Shown here piece after piece: positions 27,772 through 36,338 of a stretch of DNA of 64,000 nt. Where the stretch lies: assembly GCA_964417675.1 (NCBI GenBank), contig CAYQJL010000018.1:16760-80759 (forward strand), read 5' to 3'. Numbering within the stretch: position 1 is the stretch's first letter; the number at the start of each line of letters is the position of its first letter. A model generated the notes under the pieces. It ran no database searches. It had not been told where the DNA came from and saw only the letters and a list, made by a program, of their open reading frames with translations. Origin of the DNA: an uncultured bacterium. Its GTDB lineage: Bacteria; Eisenbacteria; RBG-16-71-46; CAIMUX01; WJJG01. The position numbers were made by a program, and so were the translations under genes.

Positions 27772-30064
27772 CGTTTCCCCGATCCCCGAACTCCGCATCC
27801 ATGATGATGGTGTCTCTACTGTAGAGGGATGCGCGGATATCCTCCTCGAACCGCTCCATCGCATCCGCTGGTAGCGAACCACTCTGCCGCAGCGCCCGCA
27901 CCCGGTGGCGAAAACTCTGGGCGAAGGTCACGTCAAGGACGGCGGCGGGGAGTCCCAGGGTGAGAATGATCGAGCATCCGGCCGCATTCATGGCCGCCAC
28001 GGTCTGAATCAATACCCGGTCGTTGCTGTCCGGCCCCGCGGACAGCTCGAAGAGTCCCAGCTGCTCGAAGGGGTTGTCGGGAACCTCCTCCATCCATGGG
28101 CGCAGCGGAAGGACGATGTGGCGGTAGCAGGGTTGCGCGCCGGGATCGAAAGAAAGCTCCTCGGTGCCATAGCGCGATGGTGGTTGCAGCTCGGCAGCCC
28201 CGTGAACGGTGTAGAAGTCCTCCACCTTGAGCACCAGCAGGCTCATCCCGCGGGTGGGGCCATGAAACCCCAGGGCGATGATCTCGCTACGGCCGTCGCC
28301 GTCCAGATCCCTGGCCGCCAGGTGCTCCAGATGGCCCGGATGTTCCAGCGACCGCTCGTGGTTGAAATCCTCGTCCAGGATCTGCAGCGCACAGCGCGCG
28401 GTCGGATTGAAAGTGATCGAGATCACGAGCTCCTGGTTGCCGTCCCCGTCCACATCCGCCACGAGACCTCGCTTCACGTTGTACAGATTGGCGGAGGTCT
28501 CGCGCACCGGAGCGTTCGGCAGCCAGGTCGAGACCGGCTGATACTTCGCCACCACTTGCCGGGTGGGAATGTGCAGGAGCATGACCCGCCCGTCTTTCCC
28601 ATCCTCGAAGTCTATGCTCTCGCCGAGCACCAGATAGGGACCCGGCCCCTTGAATCGCCCCACCTCCGGCACCAGCAAGGCAAATGCATATCGGCGCCCC
28701 TTCTCCGGCGTGAAATGCAGGTCCGCCATGCGCGGCACCCGCAACTGAAATCCGGCGCTGATGTGGCCGGGTGTGCTCACCTGCGCCAACTCCGGCGGCG
28801 GCCGCCAGAGGGGAAACCAGTACACTCCGATCTCATCGAGAAGACGCGGCGAGAGAAGCACCAGCCCCAATAGCATGATCGCCAGTATGCCGGCCGCGGC
28901 GAACCTCTGCAGCCGGGGCCGGCGGCAGGCCGCCAGGATCGCCGCCGGCACCTCGAGCGGGCACAGCAGCTGCGGGCGTTGAAACAGCTCGCGCAGGGTA
29001 CCGACCGTGTGGATCTCGCCCTCCCAGGCGATCTCGGCGGCAACCCGGCAGGCAAGATCCCCCTGGGTACGCGCCACGACAATGCCCGATAGGCCGGCCG
29101 CGCGCGCAACCTGAACCTTGGCCCGCAGCGAATCCGCGTCAACGTCCTGGACCTCCCCACTCGGGGAGAGCAGACCGGTCCAGGCCAGATCCGGCCGTGG
29201 CATCAGGCCGCGGCTGCGGCGCAGCAATCCGATCATGACGCCGCACATCGCGCTGCCCAACGCCAGCGAGACCGAACTGCCGGCCACCGGCATCTCCTTC
29301 TCGGGAAGGGAGAGCTCGAAGCCCAGGCGGTCGAGATCGATGCGGCCGAGCGCACGCCGGGACAACCCTTCGAGCGAACCGCCCGCGGCCGCGCACCGGC
29401 AGAGATCGTAGAGCGTATGACGCGCGATCATGCGGACATCGGCGGCCACATCTCCCAGGAGCCGGAGCCGATTGGAGCCACCCCCCAGGTTGGCATTGTT
29501 CCACACGACACGGGCATCCTGCGGTCCGAGCGCCCGCGCGGCCACTGTCACGGTGGTCAGGACGCCCAGATGGGGGACATCCGTCTCATGGGCGCCGGGC
29601 GGGAGCTCACAGACGAGCGGCACGGGCACCTGGATCAGAAAGGCACCATCGGCTCGCATCCCGGCCGGGGGCGCCGCGGAGGATGGCACAAGCCGCGCAA
29701 GGAGCGCAGCGACCTCCCCTTCCTCGATCTGCGCGTTTTCCCGGAGAAGGCCCAGGGCCTGCCGGAAAACGGCTGGCTCGGCCGAGTCCAAGGAGCAAGC
29801 CTGCGGTTCGCGCAGGGCGGCGACCAGGATCGCACCGGCCTCCTCCCAATAGGATGCGTACTCCCCGGCCGGGTTGGGAAGCGAGAGCAGGAAATTCGCG
29901 GCCGCCAGGGCCCGGGCCCGGGGCAGGCTGCACATCTGACAGAATGTGAGCAGGCGCTCGTAGGCGGCATCCACCTGATCGAAGCGATCCATCACGCTCC
30001 CAGCGCATCCGGAATCCACGGCCGCTACCGGCAGGGAACCATCACGGCATGGGTTGCATTCCAC
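27761..30064 (-). CDS. membrane protein with cytoplasmic Lon-like (S16) protease domain, single TM, and periplasmic FG-GAP/beta-propeller-like repeats
   Basis: ELSLPEKEMPVAGSSVSLALGSAMCGV...LAWTGLLSPSGEVQDVDADSLRAKVQVARAAGLSGIVVA aligns with Lon HVPEGATPKDGPSAGIAM...[36 protein letters not shown]. Ser and Lys dyad positions are conserved. TM AAAGILAIMLLGLVLL. C-terminal DVDGDGNQELVI and RDLDGDGRSEIIALG repeats. Confidence 0.6.
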   Translation of the reverse strand: MECNPCRDGSLPVAAVDSGCAGSVMDRFDQVDAAYERLLTFCQMCSLPRARALAAANFLLSLPNPAGEYASYWEEAGAILVAALREPQACSLDSAEPAVFRQALGLLRENAQIEEGEVAALLARLVPSSAAPPAGMRADGAFLIQVPVPLVCELPPGAHETDVPHLGVLTTVTVAARALGPQDARVVWNNANLGGGSNRLRLLGDVAADVRMIARHTLYDLCRCAAAGGSLEGLSRRALGRIDLDRLGFELSLPEKEMPVAGSSVSLALGSAMCGVMIGLLRRSRGLMPRPDLAWTGLLSPSGEVQDVDADSLRAKVQVARAAGLSGIVVARTQGDLACRVAAEIAWEGEIHTVGTLRELFQRPQLLCPLEVPAAILAACRRPRLQRFAAAGILAIMLLGLVLLSPRLLDEIGVYWFPLWRPPPELAQVSTPGHISAGFQLRVPRMADLHFTPEKGRRYAFALLVPEVGRFKGPGPYLVLGESIDFEDGKDGRVMLLHIPTRQVVAKYQPVSTWLPNAPVRETSANLYNVKRGLVADVDGDGNQELVISITFNPTARCALQILDEDFNHERSLEHPGHLEHLAARDLDGDGRSEIIALGFHGPTRGMSLLVLKVEDFYTVHGAAELQPPSRYGTEELSFDPGAQPCYRHIVLPLRPWMEEVPDNPFEQLGLFELSAGPDSNDRVLIQTVAAMNAAGCSIILTLGLPAAVLDVTFAQSFRHRVRALRQSGSLPADAMERFEEDIRASLYSRDTIIMDAEFGDRGNDGD

Positions 30065-30177
30065 CGGGTCCTTCGGAACCTCACAGCTTCACGCACAACG
30101 ATATCTTCCACGTCCCACGAGAAAGGCTACGATGTACACTTGCCGCAGGCAAGCCGGGAATCGCTTGAAGATGCGAC

Positions 30178-31650
30178 TCATGGGTTGATCGGCCGCTTGG
30201 GTATCGCCGCCAGAAACTGAATCAGCTCCTCCACGCGCCGGCTCCATCCGGCCTGCCGGGCCAGCGCCAGCCGCTGTTGCACCTTGTTCTCCGACGGCGC
30301 CTCCGCCAGGCACGCGCGGATGGCGACTTCCAGCTCGTCCTGCGTGGCATACAGGTAGATGCAGTCCCGGTACGCCTTGAGCACACGACGGAAGGATGCC
30401 GCGATGGGCCGGCCGGTCGCGAGGTACTCGTATAGATTCAACCCCCGGACCGCCTCCAGGTGCGGCTCACGCCGGAGAGGCAAGATGAGGGCATCCGACG
30501 CGCCGACGATTTCGGCGGCCCGTTCCGGGCGCAGTGCCCCCAGGGGACGGATGCGCTCCGCGGGCAACCGCTGCAGGAGGGGAAGGCCGTCGGGACGAAC
30601 CTGCCCGACGAAGACAAAGAGCGGTTCAGGAACCGCCGCCATCATCGAGAGCAGATCTTCGTAAGAAATGCGGGCGTCCACATGCCCAAGGAAGGTGACC
30701 ATCGGACGCTCGGCGGGAATCTCCAACTCGCGCCGCAGGGCCTCGGCCCGCTCCTTGACGGTCGGATGGAAGAGGTCCAGATCGACCCCATGTTCAATGA
30801 CCGTCCGGGGGGCATCCGCGGCCAGATAACGGTCCCAGGATTCGATCATGTAGCGATGGTTCGCAATCATCCCGTCAGCACTCGGCAAGGCAACGCTCAG
30901 AGCCTCCCGATAGGCCTCGATGGCCGACCGCGAGGTGACCTGGGCCTCGAAATCCTCGCTGCAGTCGATGACCACCGGCACATTCGCCGCATTCTTGATG
31001 AACGGCACGAGCGCCGGGTGATCGCAATAGATGATCTCGGCCGCGAACGTCTCGCGCCCGGCACGGGCGCCCTTGCCCTGAACAATCTCCGAGGAAGGGC
31101 CGCCGACCAGGCGAACCACTTCCCGGCGGGCCATCTCCCCCCACAGCGCCCAGGCCTCCTTCAGCGTGGCGGCGTGGCGCACCTCGTCCGACTCGGGCAA
31201 CTCCCTCCGCCGCAGGTTCGTGGGGAGATCCACACCCCCCACGGCCTGCGCGAACGCCCCGTTGGATGGAGTCACCGGTGCGAACTCCGAGGAGCCGGCC
31301 GGGGGCGTGTCGGCCGGAGCCATGCCGGCCGGAGGCGTGTCGGCCGGAGCCATGCCGGCCGGAGGCGTGTCGGACGGAGCCATGCCGGCCGGAGGCGTGT
31401 CGGCCGGGGGCGTGTCGGCCGGAGCCATGCCGGCCGGGGGCGTGTCGGTTGCGGGTCTGTCGGCCGGAAGGGCGTCCCCCTGGGAAGGCGCTGCGGAGGC
31501 GAAGCGATCCGGTTCGTAGGCAGACCGGTAGGCGCTGGTCGGAGCCAGATACAGCACGTCATGTCCCTGGCGGGCCAGTCCGATCGCAAGCTGTTGCGGC
31601 CGGTGGCGCAGTCCGGCAAAGGGCGTATCCGTGACCATCAGAACCCGCAT
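30178..31650 (-). CDS. family 4 glycosyltransferase with an inserted Pro/Ala/Asp/Thr tandem-repeat low-complexity region
   Basis: GT4 N-terminus MRVLMVTDTPFAG...GHDVLYLAP. About 6 copies of PAGMAPADTP, from a 24-bp DNA repeat at about 31300-31450. GT-B C-terminal domain. Confidence 0.8.
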   Translation of the reverse strand: MRVLMVTDTPFAGLRHRPQQLAIGLARQGHDVLYLAPTSAYRSAYEPDRFASAAPSQGDALPADRPATDTPPAGMAPADTPPADTPPAGMAPSDTPPAGMAPADTPPAGMAPADTPPAGSSEFAPVTPSNGAFAQAVGGVDLPTNLRRRELPESDEVRHAATLKEAWALWGEMARREVVRLVGGPSSEIVQGKGARAGRETFAAEIIYCDHPALVPFIKNAANVPVVIDCSEDFEAQVTSRSAIEAYREALSVALPSADGMIANHRYMIESWDRYLAADAPRTVIEHGVDLDLFHPTVKERAEALRRELEIPAERPMVTFLGHVDARISYEDLLSMMAAVPEPLFVFVGQVRPDGLPLLQRLPAERIRPLGALRPERAAEIVGASDALILPLRREPHLEAVRGLNLYEYLATGRPIAASFRRVLKAYRDCIYLYATQDELEVAIRACLAEAPSENKVQQRLALARQAGWSRRVEELIQFLAAIPKRPINP

Positions 31651-31841
31651 CGCGATCCTCCCTGTTTGCGGCGAGCCCACCCCAAACGCGCTCGACCAAG
31701 GAAGCGATGATGGGACAACTTCCTGCCCTGGTCCAGGATGTTCTGGCGGCCGGCCCCCTTCGAGACGATCGCACGATCATGGAACAGGTCCGCCGTCGGC
31801 GGACGCCCAACGCACCAGGAAGGCAGGCATGCAGCAGGGGG

Positions 31842-31930
31842 AGGCGCGGCCTGAGCCACCGGGCGGGAACGCGGCCTGAGGCAACGGGCGGGAACGCGGC
31901 CTGAGCCACCGGGCGGGAACGTGGCCCAAG
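31842..31930. repeat. intergenic tandem repeat, 3 copies of a ~30-bp unit GGCCTGAGCCACCGGGCGGGAACGC
   Basis: Direct repeats between the GT4 start and the stop of the repeat-protein gene. Confidence 0.8.
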
Positions 31931-32002
31931 GGGACCGGGGGGCGAGATCCGGCCTGTCGCACAGAGGAGCCGACGCGTGTTTGGCAAGCGGGGATCACAC
32001 CA

Positions 32003-33892
32003 CTAGGGTCGCCCGACTCGTTCCAGAAGCGTCACGCCCCAGAGATGGCTTTCGTGCGGAGCATCCGCGTTCCAGTCACCGAACGAGTGGGAACCGTCGG
32101 TCTGGTAGCAGAGCGAGTACTCTCCCGGCTCGAGGATCATCAGCCGCTCGGCGCGCCGGTTCTTCTTGGCGCCCCCCGCATGCCGGGTATCTTCGTACAG
32201 CATCTCCCACACCTTCTGGCCAGTGTCGCTGCGCTCCAACCACCCGAAGTCGTGCATCTTGCCGGCCGACCCCTCGCCCAGGGCGATGATCTGAACCGCT
32301 GTGGGTTCCTTGACGCTGAATGCCACCCGGCGGCTGGCACTGTCCCCCAGGGGCGCCAGCTGGATCAAGGTGACCGGTCCTTCGCCCGGGCCTAGCCGGC
32401 GCACCGATTCCGGAGAGAAGTCCTCTCCCATGCCGCGCAGCGAGATCCCCCATGCGGCCGGATCATAGGGCGCTTCCTTGGACCAGCCATCCGCTGAATG
32501 GGCGTAGTCGGACACATAGCACAGGTAGTAGTCGCCCGGGGACAGACGCAGCTGTTCCTGGACCCTCCGATTGCGGGCCTCGCCGCCGGCATAGACGCCG
32601 CGCTCATAGCGCATCGACCACAGCGTCTCCAGGCTGACCGCATCCTCGATCCACCCGTAGTCGAGCCCCTCACTCTCGTTGAATGACCACTCGCCCTGCG
32701 CACTCACACAGATGTCCATGGGCTGGCGCACCGAGAAGCCAACGCGATGGAACTCGGCATCGCCCACCCGTTCGATCGCCAGGAAGCGATTCTCATCCGG
32801 CGGGTCAAGGCGCACGGCAACGGCGGAGGCCGGCAGGGGCTGCACCGGGGTCAAGCTGATCCCCCAGGACTCAGGATCGTAGGGCGGCTGCATGTTCCAA
32901 CGATCGTAGGCATGCGTTTCGTCGGTCGCATAGCAGACCAGATAGCGGCCGGCCTTCAGGGTAACCTCACTGTCGAAGACACGGTTCTTCTTGGCGCCAC
33001 CGGCGGGCTCGGTATTGGTCAGGGTCATCTCCCAGATGCGGCCGCACCCGTCGCGGTCTTCGATCCAGGCCCCGTCGGCAAAGGCCTGTTCCCGCGCCCA
33101 GTACTCCCCGGTGGCCAGGATCCGAAGGCGGGCATCCTGTTGCAGGACAAGCTCCGCCTGTAGCAACTGGTTGGAGGGAACGCGGCGGAAGGAGAGGATC
33201 TCGTTGCTCTCCACCGGGCGGGCGGGCGAGCAGAACGCGGTCGGTGGGAAGGTCGCATCGGCGGCCCGGATCGAAACACGCCACTCCTTGTGGTCTCCAT
33301 ACCGATCCCACGGCACCATGACGCCGCCACGGATATCGACCCGGCCCAGCTCGAAGAGCTTCAGGAACTTGATCTTCTTCTTCAGGGGGAAGGACCCCCC
33401 ATGAGCACTGAAGTACAGGGCGTAGTTGCCAGCGGGCAGACGCATGCGCCGGCGGGCCTCGACATTGTCACCGCGCAGCGACTCGACTTCCTCAATGGTC
33501 ATTTCCCAAACGACGCGCCGGGTATCGAGATCGATCAGCCAGGGATAGCTGAAGAGGAAGCCATCCTCCTGCGAGCCGGCGGCCACGGCTTCGATGTCCA
33601 CCTCGGTGTCGCGATCGAGCGTGAAGGACTCTCGATAGAGACCCTCCCCGGGAATCGACTTGATCGCGGCGATCACCGGTCCCTTGGCCGCGGCGGAGTC
33701 GACGCCGCCGGCCAGCATGGCGACCAGGGCGGCCAGGGCCGCCAGGGTGACAATGCCCCCCCGTTTCACCCGTCGATCGGGTACCCGGATGCGTGAAGAT
33801 CCCACTGTGATCACCTCGCTTCCATTCGAGATTGCGCCCGAAACCGCCGCCGCTCGTCCAACCCGAGGGAATCCTCCTCCCCGCCTGGCCAT
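32003..33892 (-). CDS. secreted protein with four ~140-aa internal repeats, unknown family
   Basis: Signal peptide IVTLAALAALVAMLAGG. Each repeat carries GWIED...VWEM...AGGAKKNR...G(Y/R)Y(L/S)(V/L)CY...D.SH...W...P(Y/H)(D/E)...WG(I/V)(S/T)L. Confidence 0.65.
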   Translation of the reverse strand: MARRGGGFPRVGRAAAVSGAISNGSEVITVGSSRIRVPDRRVKRGGIVTLAALAALVAMLAGGVDSAAAKGPVIAAIKSIPGEGLYRESFTLDRDTEVDIEAVAAGSQEDGFLFSYPWLIDLDTRRVVWEMTIEEVESLRGDNVEARRRMRLPAGNYALYFSAHGGSFPLKKKIKFLKLFELGRVDIRGGVMVPWDRYGDHKEWRVSIRAADATFPPTAFCSPARPVESNEILSFRRVPSNQLLQAELVLQQDARLRILATGEYWAREQAFADGAWIEDRDGCGRIWEMTLTNTEPAGGAKKNRVFDSEVTLKAGRYLVCYATDETHAYDRWNMQPPYDPESWGISLTPVQPLPASAVAVRLDPPDENRFLAIERVGDAEFHRVGFSVRQPMDICVSAQGEWSFNESEGLDYGWIEDAVSLETLWSMRYERGVYAGGEARNRRVQEQLRLSPGDYYLCYVSDYAHSADGWSKEAPYDPAAWGISLRGMGEDFSPESVRRLGPGEGPVTLIQLAPLGDSASRRVAFSVKEPTAVQIIALGEGSAGKMHDFGWLERSDTGQKVWEMLYEDTRHAGGAKKNRRAERLMILEPGEYSLCYQTDGSHSFGDWNADAPHESHLWGVTLLERVGRP

Positions 33893-33916
33893 CCCTACCA
33901 GCCCAGTACGCCCCCG

Positions 33917-34813
33917 TCACCCGCAAGTTGCGTCGCCCCCGCGATGCGTCAGGCCTCCCGAGCCGGCCCGGAGGGTCTCCAGTGCTTCGTACGGGCAACC
34001 ATCTGGCCTCCCAATTCCTTCCAAGCAAATCAGTTCCCTGCGCCGGCCCCGCTGGCGCCCGGTCAGATCCGCTACATCGACCAACACACCTCGTTCGCAG
34101 TGCAGGCACCGCTCGGGTTGTCCCTCCAGCCGCACGGCGCCCACCCGATCGAGCAGCGCCTGCTCCCAGATCAGAGGCGCCTGACCGCCACGATCCTCGA
34201 TGTGGATCCTGCGCGGCCGGGCCACGACCAACCGCCCGCGGTCGAGGGCAAGCTCTCCCTCGGCCTCGAGGCGATCCCCCTCGGCCAGGCGCAGCCGCTG
34301 CTGCTGTCCGCTGCTGAGGCGCAGGAAGATCGGATCGGCGAACCCCTGCCGGCCCGCGAAGGAAGGACACAGCCGCGCCAGGAAGCCGAGCAGACGAAGG
34401 CGGCTGCGCCGGCCGTCCTCCTCACGGACCAGGCGTGGACGAACCGCGCTCACCGTGCCGCCCACTTCCAGAATGCGTCCCTGCTGGTCTTCCAGCCACT
34501 CGTCGAAGATACGGCATTCCTCCAGGAAGGCGCGGTACTGCTCCTCGCTGACCTGAAGCTCGGGCAGGCGCTGGATCTTCTCCTCCTCGTAGAAGCGGCA
34601 ATGGTTGCAGTTGTTGCCCACGTGCTTGTAGCCCTTCGGGCAGGCGCCCCCCTTGCCGAGCCGCTGGCACTTCCAGCGAAAGTCCAGGCAGCCCTCCGGG
34701 AAGCACTCCTTCTCCCTGAGGACGTGATAGGCGGAAACCAGATGGCCAAACCCGCGATGTGACTCGTGCCGGCAGAGGAAGATGTCTTCCCGCTTGTACG
34801 GATTGCGCATCAT
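33917..34813 (-). CDS. Cys/His-rich hypothetical protein (probable metal-binding)
   Basis: N-terminus CRHESHRGFGH...HVLREKECFPEGC...CQRLGKGGACPKGYKHVGNNCNHCRF and C-terminus CLHCERG...ICLEGIGRPDGCP. 25 bp upstream of the repeat-protein gene, same strand. Confidence 0.55.
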   Translation of the reverse strand: MMRNPYKREDIFLCRHESHRGFGHLVSAYHVLREKECFPEGCLDFRWKCQRLGKGGACPKGYKHVGNNCNHCRFYEEEKIQRLPELQVSEEQYRAFLEECRIFDEWLEDQQGRILEVGGTVSAVRPRLVREEDGRRSRLRLLGFLARLCPSFAGRQGFADPIFLRLSSGQQQRLRLAEGDRLEAEGELALDRGRLVVARPRRIHIEDRGGQAPLIWEQALLDRVGAVRLEGQPERCLHCERGVLVDVADLTGRQRGRRRELICLEGIGRPDGCPYEALETLRAGSGGLTHRGGDATCG

Positions 34814-35130
34814 GGCGTCTGCCCCCCAGGTTCGACTACCCCCTCCCGGTTGCCGGGATCCTCCATTCTAGAACGTTTGGGCCGCGATGCCAGCCCGCGG
34901 TTCGGCGCCGGGATCCCGCCCCGTGATCGGCCGCTTTGCTCCGGGGCGCACGCCGGCGTGTTGATTCACGCGCCCGGACGGTGGTCGTGGTGGACGGGGC
35001 TCGGCCGCATCCAGTATCCTTCCCTGTTTCCCGCGTCGTTGCCCGGCGTTGCTCTCGATGGGCGGAAGAGAACGCACGCAGCCGGCGGCGATCAGAGTCG
35101 AATCGACCGGAAGCAAATGCAGGAGGAGCC

Positions 35131-36336
35131 ATGCCGGACCAGGCTTTCGCCGGCCGAGAGGCCAAGGCGGATCTGAAGGTTGTCATGCACAGGGGAGGCC
35201 CGCCGGAGAACGAGATCGTGATCCAGAGTTCAGCCCAACGGCTGTTCGGCGATCGCATTCGTGAGGTCGCCAGACAGACGCTGGCCACGCTGGGCATCAC
35301 GGACACCCGCGTGGAACTCTTCGATCAAGCGGCCTTCGATTGGGTCATCATGGCGCGATTGGAAACCGCGGCCAAGCGTCTCTATCCCGACCTGAACGGT
35401 GAAGCGCTCCCGGAGTGGGGCGGCGATCCCAAGCCCACCGGACGGGACCGCATGCGCCGCTCGCGCCTCTACCTGCCCGGCAACAATCCGGATCTGATGT
35501 TCAACGCCGGGCTCTTCGGCCCCGACGGCGTGATTCTCGACCTGGAAGACTCGGTGGCGCCCGCCGAGAAGGATGCCGCCCGGATCCTGGTGCGCAATGC
35601 TCTGCGGGCCGTCGACTTCGGCGACGCCGAGCGGATGGTGCGCATCAATCCGGCGCCGGAAGGCATGAAGGATCTGCCGGCGATCATTGCGCAGCGGCCC
35701 AACATGATCCTGCTCCCCAAGGCTGAGCAGGCCTCCGACATCTCCGAAACCGTCAATGCGATCAGTCAGATTGCGACGCGCCACAAAATTCAGGATCCGG
35801 TCTGGATCATGCCCATCCTGGAGACGGCCAAAGGCGTGTGGAATGCCTACGCCATCGGTACGGCCTCCGACCAGGTCGCCGCCCTGGCGTTTGGCGCCGA
35901 GGATTTCACCCGTGATGTACAAGCCGCCCGCACCGTCGAGGGCCGCGAGAGCTTCACGGCCCGCTCAATGGTGGTTCTGGGCGCCCGCGCCGCCGGCCTG
36001 CAGCCGATCGACACGGTCTTCTCCGATGTCGAGGATGAGGCCGGGCTGCTCTCATCTGTGAAAGAGGCCATCTCGCTCGGATTCGAGGGCAAGGGCTGCA
36101 TTCATCCACGCCAGATCGCTGTGATTCACCAGGCCTTCCGGCCGACGGACGAAGACATCCGGCACGCGCTCAACGTCAAGGCCGCCATGGAGGAGGCCGA
36201 GCGGACCGGCTCGGGGGTCATCAGCCTGGGTTCGAAGATGGTGGATCCGCCGGTCGTCGCGCGCGCCCTGCGTGTGCTGCGCGTGGCCGAGGAGATGGGC
36301 ATCGATGTGCGCGCCTTGGCGCCGGAGGGGGTGTAG
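35131..36336 (+). CDS. citDE: citrate lyase gamma (acyl carrier) - beta (citryl-CoA lyase) fusion protein
   Basis: AGGAGGAG RBS. N-terminal ~95 aa matches CitD ACP (LKVVMHRGG...EIVIQSSAQRLFGDRIREV...AAFDWVIMARLETAAKR). The remainder is the HpcH/CitE fold (RRSRLYLPGNNPDLMFNAGLFGPDGVILDLEDSV). Confidence 0.78.
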   Translation: MPDQAFAGREAKADLKVVMHRGGPPENEIVIQSSAQRLFGDRIREVARQTLATLGITDTRVELFDQAAFDWVIMARLETAAKRLYPDLNGEALPEWGGDPKPTGRDRMRRSRLYLPGNNPDLMFNAGLFGPDGVILDLEDSVAPAEKDAARILVRNALRAVDFGDAERMVRINPAPEGMKDLPAIIAQRPNMILLPKAEQASDISETVNAISQIATRHKIQDPVWIMPILETAKGVWNAYAIGTASDQVAALAFGAEDFTRDVQAARTVEGRESFTARSMVVLGARAAGLQPIDTVFSDVEDEAGLLSSVKEAISLGFEGKGCIHPRQIAVIHQAFRPTDEDIRHALNVKAAMEEAERTGSGVISLGSKMVDPPVVARALRVLRVAEEMGIDVRALAPEGV

Positions 36337-36338
36337 TC

